Source of the DNA: Paramoeba atlantica
Taxonomy: Eukaryota; Protista; Discosea
Reading direction: 5' to 3'
Assembly: GCA_977017575.1 (NCBI GenBank)
Contig: CDRNVI010000020.1
Span: 310,001-374,000 of the forward strand
Length of the DNA: 64,000 nt
Made by a program: the position numbers and the translations under genes. The notes beneath the pieces are model-generated. The model made no database searches. It saw only the letters and a program-made list of their open reading frames with translations, and was not told the origin of the DNA. Positions 42,167 to 52,891 of the stretch are shown in pieces; positions within the stretch are counted from its first letter, which is position 1, and every line of letters begins with the position of its first letter.

Positions 42167-42445
42167 AATCCAAGGGAGTTTGAGTGCCCGCCTAATCATT
42201 TGCATGTATGTCGTGTTCAGTTTCAGGATATCAGATTTGGTAAAGATTCGTTTTTCCATATAGGTTGCAAAGACGTCAGTTTCCCCATCGCGCACCGTAT
42301 TCTGTTTGATATTTCACTTTGGAGGGTGGTATTCTCGTTGATTATTGATCCCAAGTATGTGAGGGATTCTACTTGTTCGATTGTTTCGCCATTAAGGGAT
42401 ATGAGTATTATATCTTTTTTTGCTACGAAAGAAATAGGTACGTCG
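42165..42445 (-). mobile_element. Non-LTR retrotransposon (LINE) 3' fragment with microsatellite tail
   Basis: The minus strand encodes ISLNGETIEQVESLTYLGSIINE..EISNRIRCA..L..IWK, typical of post-RT sequence in RTE/CR1/L2-like LINEs, followed by (GATA)n. Confidence 0.72.
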
Positions 42446-43113
42446 AAACAGGTACGTCACCGCTCCCCTCTTGAGGGAGTGAGTTCCGTAACCCGGACCC
42501 AAAATTTCCCCTATGACCTGATCCATTTCCCTGACGGTTGTATTTGTCAAGACTTGGCCACTTCGCATCGTTAGAATATACTGTGCTATCTCTTCCGTTC
42601 CTGTTCCTGTTATTGTCGTGCACGTCGACAAGCGGTACGGATTTAGTCTCGTGGACTTTGTATTCCTTCCCCAATACACTATCACCGCGGCGGATGAGGC
42701 CTTTACGAAGCGATCTTTGGTGAGCTGAGCTGTTTCTGTCCATCTGGCCGCTGCCTTCCAACACAGAAGAATTGTGATTGATTCGCATAGGGTTACCCGT
42801 CAGTTTCGTTTGGATGGAAGCCTTGAGTTGGGAAATATATCGGATTATTCCTTCGTCCGTCAAAGGGAGAGTCATGTTCTGCATATCGGTAGTAGTAGTA
42901 GTCGGCCGCCGTAATGGAGAGACTGGAAACCACTCCGACACCAATAGCGGTTAACGCGGAAAATGCGTTGACCAGGATTCTCCTCGCCCTCGTAGAGGAA
43001 GAAGCAATATTGGAAATGGAGGATGGTGACATCCAGTCTCCACAACGATAAGGATACCGTTTCTGAAAAGTAGGGCTCTTCCAAAGCTTAACATGTGACC
43101 TAAATCTGAACAA
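42446..43113 (-). mobile_element. Tyrosine-recombinase (DIRS/TATE/VIPER-like) fragment, frameshifted
   Basis: IVYWGRNTKSTRLNPYR..T..GYGTHSLKRGAVTYL carries the YR H-x-x-R box; upstream DEGIIRYI..IQTKLT resembles the YR N-terminal helices. Confidence 0.7.
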
Positions 43114-43197
43114 AAGTAAGTGACCAAAAAAGTAGTAACTTTAGTAATTACTATCCTGTTTACTACTTTTAGTAATTGCTAGTTTACTAGTCCAAGC

Positions 43198-43430
43198 TAT
43201 GATAGGTGAAACGATTTTGAAAAACTATTTTTTAAGCCATATTTTTCGCCAAGTTGACTTTTTCAATTTTCTTTTCAGAAAAAACCGAACTCGGCGGCCC
43301 CGTCCTGTTGATACCAGGGGGCGTCGTCCCCGAGTACGGGGGTGGAAAATGTGCGCCAAGACCTCGGCTACCCCCTCTGGGGATTTATTTCGAAAAATAA
43401 TTTTTTCACAATTTTCATTTTTTGTGGCGC
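43198..43430 (+). mobile_element. Internal fragment of double-hairpin element subfamily 1
   Basis: GAAACGATTTTG..TTTTCGCCAAGTTGA..AAGACCTCGGCTACCC matches about 8060-8270. Confidence 0.7.
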
Positions 43431-43750
43431 AAAAAATGTTTTGCAGCGCACGATGGAGACCAAGTATGTTCTTCACTAATTTTGACAAGGTACTTTTCTT
43501 CGCCACGTCAATGAGGAATATGCGGGTTTTGCCAGGTTTTGCCTTTCATAGGTTTCAACCCTCTTAGTTATGTAAAACGATAAACACCCAAGATGCAGTA
43601 TAAAAACACAGTTGAAAATTGTTTGCACGAAATATGGTTACAAAACCGATATCTGTTCTTTGTTGCTAACAGTTCCAATTTATTCATCTTAGTATTTCAT
43701 CTTGGTACAGTCGCTGCATATTTTTTTATTAGCTTTATTTTTCGTCGTCG

Positions 43751-45142
43751 ATGATTCGCTACTCTACTCGTTGTCTCACTTCCACTTTTCTTGGTGCTGA
43801 AGCGTTAGATGCCGTTGAGGCGGAATCTCAATCGCTGCTTTCAACCGCAGAAAAAAATGCTGTTGAGTGCTTACGCATTAACCCGCTGGATTATTGCCCC
43901 CCTCGTCACCGTGATAGCACCGCAAAGGACACTATGTCGTATATGAGATGCACGGGGCTGCAACCTCACAACCATCACATTCGTTCCAACAAAGTTCAAA
44001 TAGTGGGACTGCAGAAGAATGAGACAGGCGGCATGTTGCCGCTCTTGCCCCCGATCGAGTGTTCTCTACGAGAGGGTATTCAGCTTGCTCGGGATGCTGG
44101 GATGGATCTCGTAAGTAAGATGTCTAAGCCGATGGGCAAGAATGTGTCCGATCACACTCACATTTGTGAAATCCGGGACGGTGTGAGTGATGCCTTGATT
44201 GCGGTAAATCAGGAAGAAACCAACGAGAGTCCCCGCGCGTTCCGCGAGGCGTTTGTCATTTCCTTCAAAGGAAGCACCCTGGACTTCCACATGCAATGCA
44301 AAGCCAAACAAGCCGCGCGACTTCTTTTTCGCAAACGCCCCGTACTCCTCACCATGTCGAAATTTGGAACGGCAGACGAAGGTTTCCCCGTCTTTTCACG
44401 CTTTCTCGGCTTCCTTCGCCGGGAGTGTGACCGTATCCAAAACGCCGGACACCGCTCCGGGCCCCTCTCCGCGGACTACGATGAGATTAAGATGCATCTT
44501 TACCCGTTTAACGCGCGTTCCTGTGACGTCCGTCATGAGGTGGTGCACCCCACGCCCTCTACCCTGGCCTCTGCCCAACGCGCCCGGGTCACGGAAGCCT
44601 ACCATGAGCTCTCCGACCCCCTTAACGATCCCACCGCCCACGGTCTCCATGCCCGGGCCGCTGTGGATTACCTCGACGCGCTGGAGAACGGTACCGCGTG
44701 GACGTTTCAAGACAAAGGCGCTACCCTCTCCAAGGAGCGTAAAATGAAACTCTACGGCGGGTGGCTCCCGAAGGGGTTCAAGTACTTTGCGAGACGCTCG
44801 GATATTGATGTCCCCCCGCCCCATAAATCACGCGCCCCGACGGTACTGGAGAAGTGGCTGTACCCCCCGGAGCGGAACACGACCCAAGCGGAGCGCGGGA
44901 TTGCGGTGCTCTCGAAACGGGGCAAGATGCGGGTGAGTGATATTCATGATGAGGGGGAGACCCCGGAGCGGGAGTCCACGTTGCACCATCTGGCGTACCA
45001 GGCAGGGGGCGGGGACACGTTCACGCTTCGGAAGATGAAGGAGGCGACGGGGGTGCAGCGGTTCTGGAACACCCCGGGGGAGAGCCCTCCGCGGTCCTCG
45101 GCCCATTTCGGGGACGGCGCGAGTACGCAGGAGATGTGCTAG
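43751..45142 (+). CDS. Mitochondrial translation initiation factor 3-like
   Basis: IRSNKVQIVG...SLREGIQLARDAGMDLV (IF3-N pattern) and a following IF3-C-like segment; presequence-like start. Confidence 0.62.
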   Translation: MIRYSTRCLTSTFLGAEALDAVEAESQSLLSTAEKNAVECLRINPLDYCPPRHRDSTAKDTMSYMRCTGLQPHNHHIRSNKVQIVGLQKNETGGMLPLLPPIECSLREGIQLARDAGMDLVSKMSKPMGKNVSDHTHICEIRDGVSDALIAVNQEETNESPRAFREAFVISFKGSTLDFHMQCKAKQAARLLFRKRPVLLTMSKFGTADEGFPVFSRFLGFLRRECDRIQNAGHRSGPLSADYDEIKMHLYPFNARSCDVRHEVVHPTPSTLASAQRARVTEAYHELSDPLNDPTAHGLHARAAVDYLDALENGTAWTFQDKGATLSKERKMKLYGGWLPKGFKYFARRSDIDVPPPHKSRAPTVLEKWLYPPERNTTQAERGIAVLSKRGKMRVSDIHDEGETPERESTLHHLAYQAGGGDTFTLRKMKEATGVQRFWNTPGESPPRSSAHFGDGASTQEMC

Positions 45143-45789
45143 GAGGGTGCGGGGGAGTGAGGTAGCCGCGATGGGATCGGAGAATCGGGTCAGGATGTCC
45201 GTTTCTGGGGTGCCCGTTCTAGGCACAGTTTTTGTGAGATGGGGAAGGAAAGAATGCGGGATCTTGTAATCCTTATGAGTCAGTGTTTTTATTGGCTCGA
45301 AAGGTTGCCCTATCGAAGCGGAAATATATCGATCGATGATCTTGCATGACGTACTTTGTTGTGCAGCCATGAAACTGTTGTAGTAGTACCATGCGTTACC
45401 GAAATGAAATAAGCGAGTACTCCTAAAAACTGTCACTTTTTCGGAGGAAAACAACATTGAATGTTGCTTTCCGTAAACGGGCCAATTACAAAAACGATAT
45501 TGTTGTTCTCACGGCACGCCAATTCGACGTAGACTATAAAAAAATTCACACCTGACATGAGCTTGAATTGCTCCCATTTATCGCCAAACGAAGACACTAC
45601 AGTAGATTTAGATCACTAATACCGGTGAAAGAAATCCTTTAATTGTTATTGTAAAAGTGGTCTTCTGGGTTGTTGAAATATTTGTTCCCTGTAGTCTCGA
45701 TATTATGCAAAGTATTGACATGGATATTGCGGGACATTTGTTGCAGCCATCATTTTCTATACTACGAAAAATTTTGTACATCTTTCTCA

Positions 45790-46464
45790 ATGCCTTTGAT
45801 ATCCAGGTACGAGTCTGTGAAATCGAAAGACACAACTGTGGATGCCGCAGAGTCCACCCCCTCAAAGGATGTATCCCCGTCACATACACCCCACTGCATT
45901 GCAACGAAGGAGCCTTCCGCTTGGTTGGAACGAATGACAGTATTTGCTTCTCAATCATTATCTTTACCATTGACCGCAAGAGACGATGATCCGGTTCGTG
46001 AACGTGCTTTTCAAGCTCATGCTGCTGCAAGTGTTCAAGAGGGCATTCGCAAACTCGATGCTTTGGGAATCAAATGGCAGCGCCCGAAGGATTTCTACGC
46101 CGAAATGGTGAAAGGTGATGCACACATGTCGAGAATCAAAGACCGTATTCAGAAAAACAAACAGGAGATTTTACTGCGAGCCCAACGTCGTGAGCGAAGA
46201 AAGCAAAAGAAGTTCCACAAGCAAACCAAAGACACTCAAGCTAAACAGGCCCAGCAAGGCAAACGAAATTTGACTGTTTCCCTTCATGCGGCGAAAAAGG
46301 ATGCAAAAAAATGGAAAGCAATGGGGGGAGACGAGAGTGAGTTCAATATGGATCGATATTTTGATGATGCAAAGAAAAAAGGCAGGCAACGAAAGGATAA
46401 AACTAAAACGTCCAAAAGAAAAAATAAATTTACAAACAAAAAGCGAAAGCACAGTAGGAAATAA
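45790..46464 (+). CDS. EBP2: rRNA-processing protein EBP2
   Basis: DDPVRERAF..RPKDFYAEMVKGDAHMSRIK and a lysine-rich tail. Confidence 0.9.
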   Translation: MPLISRYESVKSKDTTVDAAESTPSKDVSPSHTPHCIATKEPSAWLERMTVFASQSLSLPLTARDDDPVRERAFQAHAAASVQEGIRKLDALGIKWQRPKDFYAEMVKGDAHMSRIKDRIQKNKQEILLRAQRRERRKQKKFHKQTKDTQAKQAQQGKRNLTVSLHAAKKDAKKWKAMGGDESEFNMDRYFDDAKKKGRQRKDKTKTSKRKNKFTNKKRKHSRK

Positions 46465-46739
46465 CGTTTTTTGCCTTTTATCGTGCATGGTGACATAATA
46501 ACTTTTTTGTTTTCTATTCGATTCGCTTATTAATTGGAAATATTGTTCAAGTTTCTCGGGAAGGAATGTTTCTATTGTGTCGCATAATTTCTATCTCTAT
46601 TTTTTTACCTCTGATAATGATAAAGCGAATAATTTCTACTTGCCCTTCCGTTAATGTTGATTACTTCCTCGAGCAATGTAAAGTAGCATTTGTAACACTA
46701 TCTATCACATCTTATAATAATCATTGTAACTTAACAATC

Positions 46740-47342
46740 ATGATAGTTAATTTTCACTCTGCTGCTTTTCGCTCTGCTGATTGTAGTACCCGTTTAGGGA
46801 AGACAAGGGCTGACTTGCCACTGGAATACGCACTTGCACGTTTTTTACAAGGGATTGAAAATCCTTTTCCTTCATGGAATACGAGTATAACGGCTTGCCT
46901 ATGGGATGGTATTAAATGCAACGAAGCCCAGGAGGCAATATCCATTAATTTGATTGCAAATATGCTGCGTGGTGAGCTGAGTTGGATTTATCTTCCCACG
47001 TCGGTAGTGCAGCTACATCTCTATGACAACATATTTAATGGTCAAGTAACAATTGAGCACCTCTCGCGCAAACTCGAGCGATTGAACGGCAGCTACAATG
47101 AATTTTCCGGGACCCTGAACCTTACTGATTTACCACATACAATAGAATGGCTCAACCTATGCAGCAATGACCTGTCTGGTGAGGTGGCGCTAAATGCGCT
47201 TCCCGTGACATTGAAATTTTTCAGCTTATCACGAAATGCAGAGCTGTGCGGTGTGTTTCGCAAGGAGCTCCTTCCTCCACAGCTGTTGAAACGAGGTAAA
47301 TTTTGCGTTTCACAGACTAGAATAAAGTGTGAGCCAAGCTAA
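46740..47342 (+). CDS. LRR family protein 10
   Basis: TRLGKTRADLPLEY..NPFPSW..CLWDGIKC cap plus LRRs. Confidence 0.9.
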   Translation: MIVNFHSAAFRSADCSTRLGKTRADLPLEYALARFLQGIENPFPSWNTSITACLWDGIKCNEAQEAISINLIANMLRGELSWIYLPTSVVQLHLYDNIFNGQVTIEHLSRKLERLNGSYNEFSGTLNLTDLPHTIEWLNLCSNDLSGEVALNALPVTLKFFSLSRNAELCGVFRKELLPPQLLKRGKFCVSQTRIKCEPS

Positions 47343-47571
47343 ACTATACTTCTGCAATGTGTAAGAGTTCCTATTGCAGCAAGGCTGAGTAACTCTAGAT
47401 TTGGTAAGTTCAAAGAAATACGCTCAATGACGTATCGTAAAAAGAAGCTAACTGGTTTCTAGAGTTAATAACAAATACTATTTTTTCACACAATATCATA
47501 TTTGGTAGTGTATCGTTAGACGGCCATTACAATGTAATGGACAGTGTTATTTTTTCATTGTTTCTTCCATA

Positions 47572-48354
47572 ATGAATATTACAGATGCAAACCTACAATA
47601 TCAACGAGCTGCAAAAGTTAGAGGAGCAAGCCTGCCACAAGAATACGAACTTGCACGATTAATTTCAGACATCAAGAATCCACATCCATCATGGAACACA
47701 TCTATCGCTGCATGTGAGTGGGACGGTGTTATTTGTGAAGATGGAAGGCATGTGACGGACATTGATTGGAAAAAAAGAATGCTTTCAGGAGCATTGCGGT
47801 GGGACTCGTTACCAAGAACAGTAACTGGGCTTGTCATTCCACGGAACAAACTTACGGGATCGGTGTGCCTCCATGTACTACCGTCACAATTGATGCATAT
47901 GAATCTTGTAGGGAACTCCTTCACCGGGGAGTTTATTTTACAACACTTACCGCAATCGATAGAAAAAGTTTCAGTTGCATGCAATAGACTTGAAGGAAAC
48001 GCAGATTTAAGTTGTCTTCCCCCGAAGATGGTATTTCTAGCTCTGGGCGATAATAAGTTTTCGGGAAGCATCGTACTTGATAGCTTACCAGAGCGTATAG
48101 AGTATCTCCGCTTAGGAAATAACCGATTCACGGGGCTTATCGATCTACGACATATACCCGCGTCGTTAGTGCATTTGAATTTAAGCAACAACAGCTTTGA
48201 TGCATTAGTTCCATTGGATGGGTATTCTCTGGGTTTAGAATCGCTATGGCTGGAAGGGAACTCCGAACTTTATGGCGTCCTGCAAAAGTCCAGTTTTCCA
48301 CACAATTTGCAAGTTCTTAGCGTTATGGGGACACGAGTATTAGTAAAGGAATAA
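47572..48354 (+). CDS. LRR family protein 11
   Basis: RAAKVRGASLPQEY..NPHPSW..CEWDGVIC cap plus LRRs. Confidence 0.92.
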   Translation: MNITDANLQYQRAAKVRGASLPQEYELARLISDIKNPHPSWNTSIAACEWDGVICEDGRHVTDIDWKKRMLSGALRWDSLPRTVTGLVIPRNKLTGSVCLHVLPSQLMHMNLVGNSFTGEFILQHLPQSIEKVSVACNRLEGNADLSCLPPKMVFLALGDNKFSGSIVLDSLPERIEYLRLGNNRFTGLIDLRHIPASLVHLNLSNNSFDALVPLDGYSLGLESLWLEGNSELYGVLQKSSFPHNLQVLSVMGTRVLVKE

Positions 48355-48707
48355 TAGCCTCAGGGATTGCACTTCGCGCTTTCACCACAGCGATCACTGT
48401 CCACAATCGTACGTACGCAATTTTTTCGTATCAATGTGAGTAGGTTGTACGTGTCAAGTTACTTAACAAAACTGAGACTCAAAGCTCTCAGAATATCATT
48501 CGTGCTGTGTCTACAACAAAATCTTCTGTTATGTAGGAATTCCTACATAACAGAATATCACGTTTGCATTATGCCACTTGTTTTCTACTTTTTTTGTACT
48601 CCTTTCTCGTGCAAAACGGCAACATCAGTATTTCTTATTTTTTGATTGCATTCACACGAAATCTATATTTCCGCTTTATTCCTTCCACTCTTCCTGATCT
48701 TCATACG

Positions 48708-50390
48708 ATGTCTACGAACCCGCCCCCTGCGGCCGCCGTGGCTCCCGTTGCCGCCATTGACAAATCCATCGGTCCCTCTTTCGTCAAAGTCTACTACCAA
48801 CGCTACCTTTCCGACCCGAACTCCCTCCTTAGTCTATACGCCCCCCACGCGGTGTTCTCCCACGGAGAAGTCCTCAACAAACTTGCCGGTGCGGAGCAAG
48901 GCCCCGATGCCAGCGGGGTCGGCCAAATCGCCCAGCAGCTCCGTTCCATTGCGGAGCAGCAGCTCCGGGCGAAGCTCATGGTGGCCCATCTCGACGTCAT
49001 GCCCTCCCTCTCCCACACCGTCCTCATCCAGGTCGGGGGCTACTTCCTGCTCCCCAGCTCCACCTGCCGGTTCGTCCAGACCTTCCTGCTGCAGCCCACG
49101 ACCTCGAGGAACAACTTCCTTATCGCCAACGACTGCCTACGGCTCTACAGCAAACACGACAGCTCCCATGTCGTCATGGTTCCCACAAGCCACGCGGTGA
49201 CCGGGCTGCCCGCTCGGGGGGGACGGGAGGACAGCCCGGAGCCCATGCGGGAGTTTCCCCCGACGGGGGGGGTGGGGGGGGGGACTCCCCTTTCGGGGCT
49301 CTCCCCGGCCTCGCGCCCCGAGAGCCCCGCCTCGGAGCCCCGCAAAGGGGAGTCCCCGAAAGGGGAGGGAGCGCCCGGGCTGTCCCCTCTCCCATCCGTG
49401 ATCTCCACAAAGGAGGAGACGGCTTCTGCACCCTCCGCTGGTGTGCGGTGGAGTGAGATGGAGGGAGGGGGGGAGGGGGGGGTGGAGGGCGTGAGGGGCT
49501 CGGCCTCGGCCTCGGTCTCCTCCACACGAGCCCCCGAGTCGTCTCGTGATTTTCGTGCGAGTCCGCGAGAGGGGGAGACCTCCACGGGCTCTGCCGTGTC
49601 CTCCGCTGCGGTCTCCTCGTACGCCGCGGCGGTGCGAAAAGGACAGCCCGAGGGGAGAGGGGTGGGGGGAGGGGGGACGGGGGGGAGTGGGGCTGCCGGG
49701 GGTGCTGCTCGAGTACAGCAGCAGCGGCAGGAACCACAACAACAACAACAACAGCCTCCCGTGGGGGTGAGTCGTAAAACGAGCGCTCCCCCAGAGGAGA
49801 TGAGTAGTAAAGAAAAGACCAAGGAGGGGGGTAAGAAGGGGATGCAAGGAACCCCTGGGGCGGCTACGGCACCCAGTGGGGCTGTAGGGTCCTCCAATGA
49901 GCAGGGCGTGGGGAGTGGCTCAGCTCGCCCCTCTGTGGGCCCTCGGGGTGGGGAGCAGCACTTTTGTGCGATTCTTAAAAACCTCCCGGTGCAGTGTACC
50001 GACGAGGAGCTACGGGAGCTGCTCCGTCCCCATGTGGTGGTCACCGCGCTGCGGAACAACACCGCCACCATGAACCGCACTTTTGCGTTTGTGAATTTCG
50101 ACGACCCGATTAGTCGTATTAGCGAGATTCAGGCCACCGGGCTGGTCCTCCGGGGGAAGCGGGTGGATATTGAAAAGGCCGTGGACAAGTTCGCTCCTGG
50201 AGCGAGTGGGGGGTTTCGGGGCGGGGGTGGGGGGTTCCGAGGGTTCGGAGGAGTCCCTCGCCGAGGTGGGGGGATGGGCCGTGGTGGGACGTGGGGAGGT
50301 TCCCGTGGGGGACAGGGGGGGAGAGGAGTGGAGGGGACAGCAGGGTCGTCGGAGATCCAGGAAAAGAGTGGGAAAGAGGGGAGTGAGTAG
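48708..50390 (+). CDS. NTF2 + RRM + RGG protein (G3BP-like)
   Basis: N-terminal NTF2 fold (IGPSFVKVYY..RFVQTFLL..FLIANDCLR), C-terminal RRM (FAFVNF) and an RGG tail. Confidence 0.85.
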   Translation: MSTNPPPAAAVAPVAAIDKSIGPSFVKVYYQRYLSDPNSLLSLYAPHAVFSHGEVLNKLAGAEQGPDASGVGQIAQQLRSIAEQQLRAKLMVAHLDVMPSLSHTVLIQVGGYFLLPSSTCRFVQTFLLQPTTSRNNFLIANDCLRLYSKHDSSHVVMVPTSHAVTGLPARGGREDSPEPMREFPPTGGVGGGTPLSGLSPASRPESPASEPRKGESPKGEGAPGLSPLPSVISTKEETASAPSAGVRWSEMEGGGEGGVEGVRGSASASVSSTRAPESSRDFRASPREGETSTGSAVSSAAVSSYAAAVRKGQPEGRGVGGGGTGGSGAAGGAARVQQQRQEPQQQQQQPPVGVSRKTSAPPEEMSSKEKTKEGGKKGMQGTPGAATAPSGAVGSSNEQGVGSGSARPSVGPRGGEQHFCAILKNLPVQCTDEELRELLRPHVVVTALRNNTATMNRTFAFVNFDDPISRISEIQATGLVLRGKRVDIEKAVDKFAPGASGGFRGGGGGFRGFGGVPRRGGGMGRGGTWGGSRGGQGGRGVEGTAGSSEIQEKSGKEGSE

Positions 50391-50836
50391 GCGAAGGGGA
50401 GTGCGGTGAGGAAGTAGGGGTAAGGGATAGAAAAAAGCGGGCGTAAAAATGTTTTTGACATTGGGTTTAAGAATCTTTTGATGTGTTTTCAATGGTTATT
50501 GCTTTGATTCACGCGATATGCGAAAAAACTAAGATTTCTTTGATAATGTTTCGTTTGCTATTGTAGTTTTTCAATTCTATTGTGTGTTCAATAATTTGGC
50601 AACAAAAGAATAAACGCGCATTCATTTAATTATTCTCTTTTATGTAAAGTGTTCGGATTAGAGACTTTTTACTCGTTTAACAATTCTATTTCGGTTTTTG
50701 CAACAATGTCATAGTGCTATGGGCTATCATTAAGCAAACTTGTTTACGAATTGGATGATTTCCAGCTAATTGAATCAGATTTGAAGACTTTGTTACAATA
50801 CCAGTTGCTCAACTCTAACACAATCTAGTAATAATA

Positions 50837-51631
50837 ATGAATACGAGTATAATATCAGAATTCTTTTATCTTTTGTACGATATGCCTTTGCTGCGTTCTT
50901 CCTCTTCAAAAGAGGACATAAAACATCAAGACGAGGATAAATCGATTCGTAACATGGTTGCCTTTATTGACGCTGAGGCGCGCGAGAAAGAGGCCGAAAT
51001 CGCTCACCAGGCTGAGGAAGAATATGAAATGGAAAAGCAAGAACTTGTTGAAAAAGCAAAGACCCGGATTCGCGCAGAGTTTGAAAAGAAGACCCGGCAT
51101 TTTACTATTGAACAACAAGTAGCACACTCACAAAAGCGCAGAGATGCCGCCCTGGCGGAGTTATGGTCTCGAGACCACTTACTACGTCGGATTCAGGAAA
51201 AGGTACGCCAACGTGTTGACGCTCTCACCTCATCCTCGTCCAATGAACATCTCCAGCTTTTGGTCCACCTAATCCATGAGTCACTTCAAAAGTTAGAAGT
51301 GAAAGCCGGGGAGGTGGTATGCAGAGAAGCTGATCGTAGTGTAGTGCAGCAAGCAATTGAGGTTGTAAATCGCGATATGCTTTCCTCATCAGATGGGGTG
51401 GGTTCATCCTCCGAAAACGGGCTTGTTCTAGGAGCTGGGAGGCTCTTAGAGGAAGAATGGGGAGGGGTGCAGGTACGGGCTGAAAATGGTCATGTTGTGT
51501 GTAATAACACACTGCGTCGCCGACTGCAAACTACGTTAACCGATCAGCTCCCTTTTGTACGCCGTTTGCTGTTAGACGAAAGTCCAGATGTTACTGCAGC
51601 GCAGCAGGCTATTGCGGCACTTACGGTGTGA
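50837..51631 (+). CDS. V-type ATPase subunit E
   Basis: IRNMVAFIDAEAREKEAEI..AEEEYEMEK and GGVQV..VVCNNTL..RL. The start may be 50882. Confidence 0.92.
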   Translation: MNTSIISEFFYLLYDMPLLRSSSSKEDIKHQDEDKSIRNMVAFIDAEAREKEAEIAHQAEEEYEMEKQELVEKAKTRIRAEFEKKTRHFTIEQQVAHSQKRRDAALAELWSRDHLLRRIQEKVRQRVDALTSSSSNEHLQLLVHLIHESLQKLEVKAGEVVCREADRSVVQQAIEVVNRDMLSSSDGVGSSSENGLVLGAGRLLEEEWGGVQVRAENGHVVCNNTLRRRLQTTLTDQLPFVRRLLLDESPDVTAAQQAIAALTV

Positions 51632-52071
51632 GTGGATAGAAACGTTGGGATTGCATGAGGCTTGTGTTTTCTCAACGAATGGGCGGCAGAAGTAGCTGTG
51701 CACGCAAAATCATTTTTCTGTTTCTATGAGTAGAAAAAGGTTCTACGTCTGAATTGCGGATTGAGAACAATAGTTTAAATACTCACTAGGACGATAACTG
51801 GTACATATTTCCGCGCAGTGCAGCTTTTGCAACTATAATGGGCATAAATCATTCTCTCGCAAGAAATTTTTTTTTTGTTTTTTAACGGTTACAATGCTTA
51901 TGTATTGAACATACACTTGTCACATTTCATGTTCATCTGCTACCCTTTCGTGGGGAACGAACGTTGGCGCTTTCGTCCACGGACTGACAATATTTTAAAA
52001 AACGAATAATAGAAATTTTGTGCATAGTATCTCTCTATCGTGACATATAAACTTTCTCTTTAGGAACCAAA

Positions 52072-52743
52072 ATGTTTTTCATCCAGAGTGTGGATACGAA
52101 TCCAAAGGTGTCTCGGCCTGGAAGAGTGCGTTCAGTGTGTAAGAGTCCGGAGGAAAAATTATTCTTTTTTATTCAACACATAGAAAATCCTCACCCGAGT
52201 TGGAAGACAATTAACCCAATAAGAAATTGGCATCGAGTAAGCTGCCGTGAAGAGCAAATTGATTTGGAATGGAATCATCTCCAACTACACGGAAACGTTA
52301 CCTGGTCTTTTCTTCCTGAGAGTGTTCGACATCTAAACATGAGTGAGAATTTCCTTGGAGGTAGTGTCGAAGTAAATGTTCTTGCGGACTGCTTGCAAGT
52401 TATATCCTTGGAAGGAAACACATTTATTCGGAACGTCGATTTTACCTCATTGCCCATGAGACTGACTGTGTTGTTTCTGCATCGAAACATGTTGTCTGGG
52501 GAATTACACCTCGAAAACCTACCGGTGGGATTAAGAATGCTTTGGTTACACACAAATTTCTTCAGTGGTACAGTCTCATTGCGAAACCTTCCGCCAACAC
52601 TACAGGACATTCGGATCTCTTATAATAAATTAGAAGGGACAATTAATCTCTGCGAATTATCCAATGGTTTACGGGTCATTGAGCTCCAGGGGACAAACCG
52701 GTTTCAAATTAGTGGTTTCCATCCAAATTATGAAGGAAATTAG
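52072..52743 (+). CDS. LRR family protein 12
   Basis: SRPGRVRS..ENPHPSW..NWHRVSC cap plus LRRs. Confidence 0.9.
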   Translation: MFFIQSVDTNPKVSRPGRVRSVCKSPEEKLFFFIQHIENPHPSWKTINPIRNWHRVSCREEQIDLEWNHLQLHGNVTWSFLPESVRHLNMSENFLGGSVEVNVLADCLQVISLEGNTFIRNVDFTSLPMRLTVLFLHRNMLSGELHLENLPVGLRMLWLHTNFFSGTVSLRNLPPTLQDIRISYNKLEGTINLCELSNGLRVIELQGTNRFQISGFHPNYEGN

Positions 52744-52891
52744 CTATTATAAATTTTTATAGCTATTTTTATCCATATCCGGCATTAAGATGCCATGTAC
52801 TATTTCGAATTCTCTATTTCGAAATACTAATTTGAAAACACCTTCCGAATGCTTTTCCGCTTTTCAATATTTTTGTCCTTTTGTTTAGTTT

